Made by a program: the position numbers and the translations under genes. Of a stretch of DNA of 32,000 bases, positions 7,457 to 17,533 are shown piece by piece. The DNA comes from Okeania sp. (GTDB taxonomy: Bacteria > Cyanobacteriota > Cyanobacteriia > Cyanobacteriales > Microcoleaceae): NCBI RefSeq assembly GCF_035285525.1, contig NZ_JAYKGW010000165.1, forward strand, positions 29,692 through 61,691. The letters run 5' to 3'. The notes under the pieces are model-generated. The model saw nothing but the letters and a program-made list of their open reading frames with translations, did not search any database and was not told the origin of the DNA. Within the stretch, counting starts at the first letter, position 1; each line of letters opens with the position of its first letter.

Positions 7457-10400
7457 CTAAGCAATTGGTATTTTAATAATAAATTCTGTTCCTTCATCCA
7501 CATTACTAACACAAATTAGCTCTCCAGAATGATGCTCAACGACAATTTCATAGCTAGTATACAATCCCAAACCAGTACCTGAACCTACTGGTTTAGTGGT
7601 AAAAAATGGGTCGAATATTTTATTAACAATTTCTGGTAAAATTCCCGGGCCGTTATCAGCAATTTTAATTTCAATGAATTGATTTTCAGTTATTGCTGTA
7701 GTAATTGTCATAATAGGAAGAAAATCAGATTTTTTTCTCTTAATACTAACTTCATTTAAAGCATCAATACCATTACTTATAATATTAAAAAATACTTGGT
7801 TTAACTGATTAGGATAACAAGTAACTAATGGTAATTTTCCATAATTTTTCATCACTTTGATTTCGGGATATTTGACTGCACAATCTCTCTCTGGAAAATT
7901 TTTCAACCGATGTTGTAAAATTAGCAAAGTAGATTCAATCCCTTCGTGGATATCTGCTTTTTTAATTTCCGATTCGTCTAAACGAGAAAAATTTCGCAAC
8001 GAAGTTACTATATCCCTAATCCGTTTTGAACCTGCTTCCATCGAATCTAATAACTTTTGCAAATCTTCTGCCAAAAAATCTAAATCTATATCTTCAATTA
8101 TTTCTTCAATTTCAGCCGTCGGTTTCGGATAGGTATCTTGATAAGCAGTAACTAAATCTAACAAGTCACCAACGTATAAACTTGCTGGTTGAAGATTGGC
8201 ATAAATAAAATTAATTGGGTTGTTAATTTCATGGGCAACACCTGCTACCATTTGACCTAAAGAAGACATTTTTTCACTGTGAATTAATTGGGCTTGGGTT
8301 TTTTGTAAATTTGTCAATGCTTGCTCTAAATCAAAAGCTTTTTGACTCAGAGCTTGAGTTTTTTTCTCCACTTCTGCTTCTAAGGTTTGAGAATAGTTTT
8401 CTACTTGTTGATACAAGCGGGCATTTTCAATTGAAATGGCAGCTTGTGAAGTTAAAATTTGTAATGTTTCAATCCGAGCGCTGGTAAATGCTCCCACTGT
8501 GAGATTATTTTCTAAATACAAAATAGCAATTAATTTTCCTTGCTTGGTAATAGGAGTGCATAAAACTGATTTTGGTTGCTTGCTAATGATGTAGCGATCG
8601 CCTGCAAATTCAGGTATTGCACTCAAGTTATCAAAAACTGTGATTCTTTTATTTCTAGCAACGGAATAAATTAAGCTTTGAGGTAATTCTTGACATTGAG
8701 AAAGAGGGGTTTGCAAGTTTTCTATATGGTTTTGACTAGCCTTGGCCACAACTAACCATCCTGCTTCTTGATGAATCACTAAAAATCCTGTTTCTGCGCC
8801 TCCATTAGCGATCGCAACTTCCATGAGAGTGGCTAAAAGTTTCTCTAATTCTATTTCCTCGGAAATAGCTTGAGCTGCTGTCATCACTGCTGGAAAATCT
8901 AATAGATTGGAGTTTTGGCTGTTTGTAGTGTTCTTAATGCTTCTCCTGGCACTGGTAGAAATCGTTTCCTCAGAGCTACTTGCTAGCTTAGTTGCTTGCA
9001 GAATAACTTCTAGCAGTTGTGGATATTTTTCTTCTAAATAGACAATTTTTCCCTTCGCTCCCCACCTTGCATAACAGTAGTAGGCTTCTTGCATATATCC
9101 AGCAGCAACTTTTTCTTTTCCCCAATGCAGATAAAATTTAGCTGCTAGTTCATTTGCTAAGGCTTCTTCATGAATATATTCATTTTCTTTGGCTCCAACG
9201 ATTGCGCAATCATACCAATCTGCTGCTTCATAATTTTTGCCTAAAAGCCGACATTTTTCTGCTTCTAATAAATCAACTCTATGTTGATGATTCATGGGAG
9301 CATAATGCGCCCATTCCATCAGAGTAGTTTGATAAATTTGCACTTTTTCTAGAGTTTCAGTTTGCTCAATTTCACATTCTGTAGAGCAGATTGCCAAGTG
9401 AGTTAAGCCAGCATAAAAATTGAAAACTGCCATGTAAGTTGCTCCGGCAATGGTGGCTAAAAAACAATTAGCTTCGGCAATGTAATTTAGAGCATTAATA
9501 TAGTTGCTGAAAAAATAGGCAACCATCAGTTTACCGATATAAACAGCAGCTAATGCACTTAATTCACTATTCTGATGATGTTGAGGAATCATTACTGTTT
9601 CATCATAAGCACTTCCATTTAGGACATCCGGTTCCTCCATCGCGGTTCGTAAATTCTGCACCATCTGCTGTTTCATTTTGACAAAAACCAGAGAAGAATC
9701 TTGCTTCATTTGAGATAAAACCACACAGTAATGTTCGACTTCTGACTCCCAGTCATCCAGACAGACTCCAGCAAATAAACTACTATCTAAATAGTTATCA
9801 GCATTGTGTCCAGCACTGAAAAAATCACCTGTTTCCATTCCCACTAGATAACCCTCTTTCATCATAGGAATAGTGTTTCTCAAAGCTTCTCGACGATGGT
9901 TAATCAAAAAGCTACACAACAGTAAACTTAGAGACTTAAATTCCCTGCCATTGAGGCGATCGAGTAGACTCAATGTTAAACGACTAAAAGCATAACCTCT
10001 TTCTACCTCGCCAAAAGAAGCACACAGTAGCATCCCATAACTAGCATACCCAATAATTGATGCTGGTGTATTGCCAAATTCTAGGGATAAACTAACCATA
10101 ATGGAAGTCAGCACTGGCAGCAAAGCAAAATTCCCGATAAAAATCGGCAAAAATAACATTGCCAATAATTCCATCGTGGCGATTTTTTGTTTGTCACTCA
10201 TTAAAGGGAGGTTCGTTAGTTCTGAAACCTGACTATTTGAGATGCGCTCCGCCAGAATTTGTAGAGATTTATCGCCTAAGTCTTTGTCAGCTCCTGTAGG
10301 CAGTTCAACTCCTAATTGTAATAGAGCAATTCTACCGACAGCGATCGCTTCTAACATCTGACTTTGAGCTGCTAAAGCACTAATTTTAATCTCATAAATT

Positions 10401-13081
10401 TTGATTTTTTCTAGTATGGTTTGGGCAGATTCCAAAACTAAGGTAGCCATTTTTTCCATACCCTCAAAATCAGCATTTAAGTAGGCAGTTTCCGTCGCAG
10501 CTATATACAGATTTAGAGTTAATTCATATTGAGTTTGCCAACAATTTTCAGTCAGTAAATCCAGCCCTATTTGCACAAAATTTCTGGCTGCTGCATAAGC
10601 AGTTGAATTTCTAGCTTTTTGTGCAGTAGTTAAGTTAAGTTTCGCCAAATTTTCCCGTTCTATTGGTTCAGTAATTAACTCAATTGCTATATTAAAATGC
10701 CCGACAATATCAAATATTTTTTCTTCTTTTTCTGTCTCAGATAAATTTTGTTGTAGTAATTTTCCAATTTGCCAATGAGTTAACTGTTTTTGGTTTTCGG
10801 GAATTAGAAAATAACCAGCCTGTTGAACCCGATCATGTAAAAATCTATATCTAGCATTTTGTTGATGATAACTTTCTTTTTTAGAGCTAAAATTCTCATT
10901 TTCTTCAAGCTGATAAAACTTATAAACATCACTAACAGGTAAAATCAAACCCTCCTGCAATGCCTTCCACAATAAAATTGCTGTATCTGTTTCTGACTGT
11001 TGTGAAACTATTGCCAAAGTTTGTAAATCAAACCCAGAACCAATACAAGCTGCTAGTTTAATAATTTCCTGAGTTCCTGTTGGTAATTTCTGCAATTGTA
11101 ATGCCATAAATTCTACCACATCATCTGTAATTGCTAATACTTTAACTTGAGCAATATCACATTCCCAATGTTGAATATCCCAATTAAAGCGAATTAATTT
11201 ATCATCATATAATGCTTTGATAAACTGAGTCGCAAAGAAAGGATTTCCCTTAGTTTTTTGATAAACTAATTTTGTTAAAGGTTCAGCCAGAGACGATTCA
11301 CAATTTAGAGTATCTGCTACTAACTGATTCAGCTCGGACTCAATTAAAGGTAATAAAGTAATTGTATTTACTATTGACTCTATTTTTCTCAATTCATCTA
11401 AAGTTAAGATCAAGGGATGAACCGGGGAAACTTCATTATCTCGATAAGCACCTAATAATAATAAATATTTTGTCTCTGACACTAATAATTTCAGCAGATT
11501 TAATGAAGCAGAATCTGCCCATTGCAAGTCATCTAAAAATATGACTAAAGGATGTTCTTTTTGAGTGAAGACTTTCACAAATTTTTGAAATAATAAATTA
11601 AAGCGATTTTGGGAGGCTGTTCCTGATAATTCTATAGCTGGTGGTTGTTTACCAATAATATTTTCTAACTCAGGAATTACATCTATTAAAACTTGTCCGT
11701 TTTCACCCAATGCTGCCAGAATATTAGTTTTCCAAATTTCTATTTTTGCTTCTGATTCTGATAATAATTGCCCCATTAAATCTCGAAAAGCTTGCACAAA
11801 ACCAGAAAAAGGAACATTACGATTAAATTGGTCATATTTGCCTTTGATAAAAAAACCTTGCTGCCGAACAATAGGTTTATGAACTTCATTAATAACGGCA
11901 GTTTTTCCTATCCCTGAAAAACCTGCAACTAACATCAATTCTCCTCTTCCTCCCCCCTTACTAAGGGGGGTTTGGGGGGGATTACTAAGGGGGGTTTGGG
12001 GGGGATTACTAACGCGGGTTTGGGGGGGATTACTAAGGGGGGTTTGGGAAGGATTACTAACGCGGGTTTGGGGAGGATTACTAAGAGGGGTTTGGGAAGA
12101 ATTACTAACTCGTTCAAAAGCATCTAATAATTGATTAACTTCTATTTCCCGACCGTAGAGTTTTTCAGGAATCATAAATCTGTCACTAATATCTCGTTTC
12201 CCTATTTCAAAATCTGATATATTTCCTGTTTGTTGAAGTTGATTTAGACAGTTTTCTAAATCATGCTTAATTCCCAATGCACTCTGATAACGATTTTCGG
12301 CATTTTTTGCCATCAACTTATTAACTATATTTGACAAAATTGGAGGAATTTGTGAATTTATTTTATGGGTTTCTATAGGTTGTTTTGCTAAATGAAAATG
12401 CAATAATTCCATGGCGTTGTCGGAAACAAATGGTAATTTTCCTGTCAATAATTCATAGAAAGTGACACCCAAGGAATAAAAGTCGCTCCGATAGTCTATA
12501 CCTCGATTCATTCGACCTGTTTGTTCCGGAGAAATATAGGCTAATGTACCTTCTAAAATATTAGGATTCTGAATTTCTTGAGTTTCTCGTGGCAAGAGAG
12601 AGGCAATACTAAAGTCAATTAATTGAATTTGTTTAGTGTCAGGATTAATGAGAATATTAGCAGGTTTTATATCTTTATGAATGACTCGGTTTTGGTAGAG
12701 ATAGTGTAGAACTTCTGTGAGGGGGATAGCTATTTCCAGAAATTCTGTTAAAGATAAATATTTATATTGAGGATTTTTATCTGTGGTTATTTGGAGGTAA
12801 TTAGATAGAGAAATTCCACCTATGTCTTCCATAATTAAAGCATAGCCATTGTCATAAACTTCTAGACTTAAGAGTTTGCTAATATTAGGAAAGTCCAGAT
12901 TTTGAGCAATAGTATATTGGTTGCGAAATTGGACAATTTCGTTAAAGTTTGGGTATTTGTTTCTGAGTAGTTTAATCACAACAGGTTGTTCGTCGCTGTT
13001 ACGAATACCCCGATAAACTAGAGTGCGAGTACCTGCGTACAGTTGCTCTGTGATTTGATAATTAGGTAAGTTAGGAATCAT
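7457..13081 (-). CDS. Multidomain sensor: Ser/Thr protein kinase - AAA/STAND ATPase - TPR-like helical region - GAF - histidine kinase (cyanobacterial dual-kinase type)
   Basis: 1874-aa ORF. N-terminal STK motifs: VIHKDIKPANILI, DFSIA, GTLAYISPEQ. P-loop LMLVAGFSGIGKTAV and Walker B VIFLDDLQWAD. GAF: CTPITKQGKLIAILYLEN. H-box VAHEINNPINFI. N/G boxes: NIISNGIDAL, DNGPGI, GSGTGLGL. Confidence 0.9.
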   Translation of the reverse strand: MIPNLPNYQITEQLYAGTRTLVYRGIRNSDEQPVVIKLLRNKYPNFNEIVQFRNQYTIAQNLDFPNISKLLSLEVYDNGYALIMEDIGGISLSNYLQITTDKNPQYKYLSLTEFLEIAIPLTEVLHYLYQNRVIHKDIKPANILINPDTKQIQLIDFSIASLLPRETQEIQNPNILEGTLAYISPEQTGRMNRGIDYRSDFYSLGVTFYELLTGKLPFVSDNAMELLHFHLAKQPIETHKINSQIPPILSNIVNKLMAKNAENRYQSALGIKHDLENCLNQLQQTGNISDFEIGKRDISDRFMIPEKLYGREIEVNQLLDAFERVSNSSQTPLSNPPQTRVSNPSQTPLSNPPQTRVSNPPQTPLSNPPQTPLSKGGGRGELMLVAGFSGIGKTAVINEVHKPIVRQQGFFIKGKYDQFNRNVPFSGFVQAFRDLMGQLLSESEAKIEIWKTNILAALGENGQVLIDVIPELENIIGKQPPAIELSGTASQNRFNLLFQKFVKVFTQKEHPLVIFLDDLQWADSASLNLLKLLVSETKYLLLLGAYRDNEVSPVHPLILTLDELRKIESIVNTITLLPLIESELNQLVADTLNCESSLAEPLTKLVYQKTKGNPFFATQFIKALYDDKLIRFNWDIQHWECDIAQVKVLAITDDVVEFMALQLQKLPTGTQEIIKLAACIGSGFDLQTLAIVSQQSETDTAILLWKALQEGLILPVSDVYKFYQLEENENFSSKKESYHQQNARYRFLHDRVQQAGYFLIPENQKQLTHWQIGKLLQQNLSETEKEEKIFDIVGHFNIAIELITEPIERENLAKLNLTTAQKARNSTAYAAARNFVQIGLDLLTENCWQTQYELTLNLYIAATETAYLNADFEGMEKMATLVLESAQTILEKIKIYEIKISALAAQSQMLEAIAVGRIALLQLGVELPTGADKDLGDKSLQILAERISNSQVSELTNLPLMSDKQKIATMELLAMLFLPIFIGNFALLPVLTSIMVSLSLEFGNTPASIIGYASYGMLLCASFGEVERGYAFSRLTLSLLDRLNGREFKSLSLLLCSFLINHRREALRNTIPMMKEGYLVGMETGDFFSAGHNADNYLDSSLFAGVCLDDWESEVEHYCVVLSQMKQDSSLVFVKMKQQMVQNLRTAMEEPDVLNGSAYDETVMIPQHHQNSELSALAAVYIGKLMVAYFFSNYINALNYIAEANCFLATIAGATYMAVFNFYAGLTHLAICSTECEIEQTETLEKVQIYQTTLMEWAHYAPMNHQHRVDLLEAEKCRLLGKNYEAADWYDCAIVGAKENEYIHEEALANELAAKFYLHWGKEKVAAGYMQEAYYCYARWGAKGKIVYLEEKYPQLLEVILQATKLASSSEETISTSARRSIKNTTNSQNSNLLDFPAVMTAAQAISEEIELEKLLATLMEVAIANGGAETGFLVIHQEAGWLVVAKASQNHIENLQTPLSQCQELPQSLIYSVARNKRITVFDNLSAIPEFAGDRYIISKQPKSVLCTPITKQGKLIAILYLENNLTVGAFTSARIETLQILTSQAAISIENARLYQQVENYSQTLEAEVEKKTQALSQKAFDLEQALTNLQKTQAQLIHSEKMSSLGQMVAGVAHEINNPINFIYANLQPASLYVGDLLDLVTAYQDTYPKPTAEIEEIIEDIDLDFLAEDLQKLLDSMEAGSKRIRDIVTSLRNFSRLDESEIKKADIHEGIESTLLILQHRLKNFPERDCAVKYPEIKVMKNYGKLPLVTCYPNQLNQVFFNIISNGIDALNEVSIKRKKSDFLPIMTITTAITENQFIEIKIADNGPGILPEIVNKIFDPFFTTKPVGSGTGLGLYTSYEIVVEHHSGELICVSNVDEGTEFIIKIPIA
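11958..12109. repeat. In-frame 24-nt tandem repeat, 6 full units plus a partial one, encoding SNP(P/S)QT(PL/RV) octapeptides inside the kinase gene
   Basis: Plus-strand units TTACTAA(G/C)G(G/C)GGGTTTGGG(G/A)(G/A)GGA lie at 11958, 11982, 12006, 12030, 12054 and 12078. The protein reads VSNSSQTPLSNPPQTRVSNPSQTPLSNPPQTRVSNPPQTPLSNPPQTPL. Confidence 0.9.
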
Positions 13082-13245
13082 TTTGAGAATTTTTTCTATC
13101 TTTGATTAATTATAATCATTTTTATTCTATTTCCTCTTTGTTGTACCCTTTTCCCTAAAATCCAGAATTTTTTACCTCACCAGTATGGAAATTGACATAT
13201 CTAATACCAAATCAGATTTTCTAAACTTGATTACAGATAAACTAT

Positions 13246-13347
13246 CAGGACTTACGCAGATAAACCCAGAAACCCGGTACGAGGGTAGATTATTACTGCT
13301 TAAAACAACGATTTCTGCTAGAAACCGGGTTTCTTTGCGTAAATCCT
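13246..13347. repeat. MITE-like element with CAGGACTTACGCA / TGCGTAAATCCT termini and internal AGAAACC(C/G)GGTTTCT palindromes
   Basis: caggacttacgcagataaacccagaaacccggt ... agaaaccgggtttctttgcgtaaatcct. Related copies lie at 18704-18992 and 20709-20768. Confidence 0.55.
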
Positions 13348-13554
13348 AACTATATTAAAATTATGCGTCACTTCTCTACAAAACTTACATTTTGCACTTC
13401 ATATAAAATTCGGTTATTTGATTAAGTATAATTACTTGTTAGTTAAACACAGTAGGGACTTTGCATGCAAGGTCTCTACAAGGTTTTAGTTATGAGAACT
13501 GAAATGATGATGTAGTTGGTTCATTAAATTGAAAAGCAATGTAATAATTGTCAC

Positions 13555-13589
13555 AAAAAATTTAGGATTGCTATAGTTATAGCAATCCT
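13555..13589 (-). terminator. Probable intrinsic terminator of the GGDEF gene
   Basis: 12-bp perfect stem AGGATTGCTATA/TATAGCAATCCT (13564-13589). On the minus strand it is followed by AAATTTTTT, ~95 nt downstream of the stop at 13685. Confidence 0.5.
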
Positions 13590-13684
13590 ATTTAATGTCA
13601 TGTCCGGATAAGAGCGCCATCAAAAAAACTTTTTCCCTAAACCTTTCTTTCCCTTCTACCTTCCTTCTAAATCCTGATTCAAAA

Positions 13685-14980
13685 CTATAATTGATACAAA
13701 ACAACTTGATTACGTCCATTTTTTTTCGCCTGATACAACGCTCGATCTGCTTTTTGAAGAATCTCTTCTCCTGTGGTTCCATGTACAGGAAAACTCGCAA
13801 CTCCCAAAGAAACAGTTATAGATGGCAAAACTTCATCCTTATTTTTTAAGGATAATTCCCTGATTCCCACACAAATATCTTCTGCTCTTTCTTTGGCAAC
13901 ACTTATTGGAGTATTAATTAAAATTAGAGTCATTTCCTCTCCACCGTAACGACAGGCAATATCATATCCTCTAATTTTTTGTTGCAAAAATTTTCCTAGT
14001 TCTCGAAGTACAATATCTCCAACATCGTGACCATAAGTATCGTTAAGTCGTTTAAAGCGATCGACGTCTATCATAATCACACTTAAATGTTGTTGACTTT
14101 CTTGAGCTTTGATAATTTCTTGCTTCAAAGATTCATCTAAGTAACGGCGATTATATAAACCTGTTAAAACATCGCGAATACTATCGTTTGTTAATTTTTC
14201 TCTGAGTTTGAGATTGTAAAGTCCTAGAGATATTTGTTTTGCAACGGTATGAGCTAAATTTTTTTGACGATCGCTAATTTTGTCTGAATCTTCTGTTCGT
14301 AGATAAAATAACCCCCAAATTTTGTCTTGATTTAATAAAGGAATACAAATAGTTTCAGTAGGTTGGAACTCGCGAGCAACATGATGACAAAATAATCCTG
14401 GGTGAGCATTGCTAGTAATATGAGTTTTCCCTCGTCGTAATGCCCAACAATCATTAAATTCTGCAGATATTTCACGATCTGCTAGACTGCCATAGGCACT
14501 AACACTTTGAAATTTACAATTACATTCATCTGTTAATAAGATATTACAAGAAAACCCTGGAAATAGTTTTTTGAGAAATTCTACTAGAAATTTCTGAGCG
14601 TCTGCAACTTTTTCACACATTTGTAAAGATTCCATCATCTGGTTCATAGTTGTTATTTCATAGTTGCGTTGCTCTAGTCTATGTACTGATTCTTGCAAAC
14701 GTTTTACCTGTTTTCTCAGATGATTATTATTACGATATAATAGCTCAATTTTTTTAGCTTGTAGCTCTTTTATTTCCTCATTTTGCAATATAGAACTTTG
14801 ATTGATCAAAACTTCCTCAAGTTTTCTAAGGGCATTGGGAAGAGTTTTGGGGCTAATTGAATCTACTAGCTCTTTCGTTCGTGAAATATCTGCCTCAATT
14901 ATTACGTTTGACAACATATTTGGATTAATAGACATGGCATAAAGTACATATAACAATAAACTTACAAGTATATAATACAA
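13685..14980 (-). CDS. Coiled-coil - GAF - GGDEF diguanylate cyclase; start uncertain (alternative ATG at 14935)
   Basis: GGDEF domain: LTGLYNRRYL, IMIDVDRFKRLNDTYGH, I-site RGYD five residues before RYGGEEM (GGEEF variant), LYQAKKNGRNQV. A GAF-like region lies upstream (CIPLLNQDKIWGLFYL). Confidence 0.85.
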   Translation of the reverse strand: MYYILVSLLLYVLYAMSINPNMLSNVIIEADISRTKELVDSISPKTLPNALRKLEEVLINQSSILQNEEIKELQAKKIELLYRNNNHLRKQVKRLQESVHRLEQRNYEITTMNQMMESLQMCEKVADAQKFLVEFLKKLFPGFSCNILLTDECNCKFQSVSAYGSLADREISAEFNDCWALRRGKTHITSNAHPGLFCHHVAREFQPTETICIPLLNQDKIWGLFYLRTEDSDKISDRQKNLAHTVAKQISLGLYNLKLREKLTNDSIRDVLTGLYNRRYLDESLKQEIIKAQESQQHLSVIMIDVDRFKRLNDTYGHDVGDIVLRELGKFLQQKIRGYDIACRYGGEEMTLILINTPISVAKERAEDICVGIRELSLKNKDEVLPSITVSLGVASFPVHGTTGEEILQKADRALYQAKKNGRNQVVLYQL

Positions 14981-15578
14981 TAAATTGTCTTAATAGACAT
15001 CTATAAAAATGCTTATTATTCAGAGACTCATAACATTTTATAGAGGTTTTGAAAGGATGTTTGGATGGTATATCCGGTTCTAAAAAACCTTTATTCTGAA
15101 GCTAAAATAAAATAAAAATTCCATAAATTATAACGGTTATAGATGAATTTTAACAAGGTACTTTTAATAACCGGATTTTATATTAATTGTAATTAAATAT
15201 TGCTAATTAATATTTTTTATTACAATTGTTAACTTGTCAGTATAACGTAATCAAACACACAATTTATATTTTACAAATCTGATAAACATAAGAGACTTTT
15301 AATATTCAGCATTTCCGGCAAAATGCTGCCCAAAGAGCTATTCACTGTCAAGTATCAAAAATAATACCTCATTCTTAATAAAAATAAAGCCAACTTTTTA
15401 ACTTTTGTAGTAATATAGAATTTTACCTTAATAATATCTCTTAAACAAAAAGTTTAAATAAAGCTTTTATTCCATACCAAAATCAATAGCTAATCCCTGT
15501 TAACGCAGTTCCGATCCAGGAGACTTGCTGGTAGCTGTTTGCGCAGCATTCCCCAGGAAATGCTTACTTTTAATAATA

Positions 15579-17249
15579 TTAATATTGGCGGGATTTGGCA
15601 ATTCTTAAACTGAGTATAATTACTGGAATTATTCCTACTAATACAATTGCTAAAGCTGGACCTGCGGCTTCGGTTAATCTCTCATCAGAAGCTAAATTAT
15701 AAACCCTAACTGCTAAGGTATCAAAATTAAATGGACGGATTACCATTGTTGCTGGTAACTCTTTCATTACATCTACAAAAGTTAACATGGCTCCAGTTAA
15801 TAAACCGCCCCACATCATCGGTACATGAACTTTAATTAGAGTTTTACTAGAGTTGTAACCTAAAATCCGGGAAGCATCATCTAAATTTGGTTTAATTTTT
15901 AATAAGCTTGATTCCACAGCGCCAAATGCTACGGCCATAAATCTAACTAAATAGGCAAAAATTAATGCTGTAATAGTTCCACTTAATAATAAACCAGTGG
16001 AAATACCAAACATGGAACGCATAAAACTATCAATGGCATTATCAACTGTACCAATGGGAATTAAAATTCCGACGGCAATAACTGAACCGGGTATGGCATA
16101 ACCCATAGCAGCAATACGAGTAGATAAACGCATTCCCATGTTGGGATTTAACCGCACGCCATAAGCTATGATGAGAGCGATCGCTACTGCTAAAATAGCG
16201 GTAATTCCTGCTAAAGTCAAACTATGGGAAGCATAATCCCAAAACCGACCCCGAAAACTTGCTCCCCCTTCAGCAATAGTCATTTGTAGCAATAATCCTG
16301 CTGGCAAAAGAAAACCTAAGAAAACTGGCAGTAAACAACCAAAAAAAGCACCAATTTTCCGTATACCACTTAATTGAAACTGCTGTAAGTTTTGCTGACT
16401 GATGGTTTGATAATATTTGGCTTGGCGACGAGACCAAAGTTCGAGCAAAATCAACCATAATATAAATAATAACAATACTGCTGCTAACTGTGCTGCTGCT
16501 ATTCTCTCTCCCATACCAAACCAAGTACGGTAAATACCAGTGGTAAATGTATCGACTCCAAAGTATTGCACTGTACCGAAATCATTCAGGGTTTCCATGA
16601 GTGCTAGAGCTAAACCTGCTATTATTGCTGGTCTTGCTAGGGGAAGAGCTACTTTGAAAAAACACTTCCAAGGGTTAGCTCCGAGGGAACGACTTGCTTC
16701 TAATGTACAAGTTGATTGTTCTAAAAAGGCGACTCGCGTTAGCAGATAAACGTAGGGGTATAAGGTTAGGGTTAAGAGAGCGATCGCTCCTCCAATGGAA
16801 CGGATGTCTGGAAACCAATAATCGCTTACACTCTCCCAACCAAATATTTCTCGTAACCATGTTTGTACAGGGCCGTAATATTCTAGGAGTTCTGTGTAGG
16901 TGTAGGCGAGAATATAAGCAGGAGTTGCTAATGGTAATAACATTGCCCATTCAAATAGACGACTTCCGGGAAAACGGCACATTGTAATTAACCATGCTGT
17001 TCCTACTCCGATGATTGAAACTCCACAACCTACTCCCACCATTAAGATGAAGGAGTTTAGGAGATAACGGGGTAAAACTGTCGATGCTAAGTGACTCCAG
17101 ATTTCTCCTGTATTAGTAAAAATACTGCTGAGAATGAATATGACGGGAGCTGAGATCACGGAGGCGATCGCTACCACAAATATTGTCCAAGCATCCCACT
17201 TGAGAGGGTTAATTTTTTTCATATTATCATAATTTTTTATTTTAAACAT
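15579..17249 (-). CDS. futB: Fe(III) ABC transporter permease, fused two-domain FutB/FbpB/HitB type; alternative start at 17222
   Basis: 556-aa polytopic ORF with two BPD-transporter EAA-type loops (EASRSLGANPWKCFFKVALPLARP and DASRILGYNSSKTLIKVHVPMM). It neighbours iron-type ATPase and SBP genes. Confidence 0.8.
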   Translation of the reverse strand: MFKIKNYDNMKKINPLKWDAWTIFVVAIASVISAPVIFILSSIFTNTGEIWSHLASTVLPRYLLNSFILMVGVGCGVSIIGVGTAWLITMCRFPGSRLFEWAMLLPLATPAYILAYTYTELLEYYGPVQTWLREIFGWESVSDYWFPDIRSIGGAIALLTLTLYPYVYLLTRVAFLEQSTCTLEASRSLGANPWKCFFKVALPLARPAIIAGLALALMETLNDFGTVQYFGVDTFTTGIYRTWFGMGERIAAAQLAAVLLLFILWLILLELWSRRQAKYYQTISQQNLQQFQLSGIRKIGAFFGCLLPVFLGFLLPAGLLLQMTIAEGGASFRGRFWDYASHSLTLAGITAILAVAIALIIAYGVRLNPNMGMRLSTRIAAMGYAIPGSVIAVGILIPIGTVDNAIDSFMRSMFGISTGLLLSGTITALIFAYLVRFMAVAFGAVESSLLKIKPNLDDASRILGYNSSKTLIKVHVPMMWGGLLTGAMLTFVDVMKELPATMVIRPFNFDTLAVRVYNLASDERLTEAAGPALAIVLVGIIPVIILSLRIAKSRQY

Positions 17250-17412
17250 TATAAATTTTTATATAAACTTAATGAGAAGATTTCTTAAAAATAGGATAAT
17301 TTAAAAAGAGTCTGAAAAAACATTAAGTTACATTATTGGGGGTCGAGTTGATCTGAGCAAATGTGAAAACTCATTAAATGTAGTTGGGTAGAAGAAGTGA
17401 AACCCAACAAAG

Positions 17413-17500
17413 CTTTATGGTTGTTGGGTTTCGAGTTCCTCAACCCAACCTACTGGACTTTATGGTTGTTGGGTTTCGTTCCTCAACCCAACCTACTGGA
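17413..17500. repeat. Tandem duplication (45 + 43 nt) of a GTTGGGTTTCG..CCTCAACCCAACCTAC hairpin repeat
   Basis: ctttatggttgttgggtttcg(ag)ttcctcaacccaacctactgga occurs twice, head to tail. An inverted copy lies at 1415-1445. Confidence 0.7.
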
Positions 17501-17533
17501 CTGATAACTGAAATAACGGAGGTTAAACAATAA

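Noticed and set aside
11935-12123. 62-aa ORF (LVILPKPxLV repeats) in another frame of the minus strand, overlapping the kinase CDS
   Set aside because: It is an alternative-frame reading of the 24-nt tandem repeat inside the 1874-aa kinase CDS.
13588-13800. 70-aa ORF overlapping the 3-prime end of the GGDEF gene
   Set aside because: It overlaps the supported CDS in another frame and extends into the terminator/repeat region.
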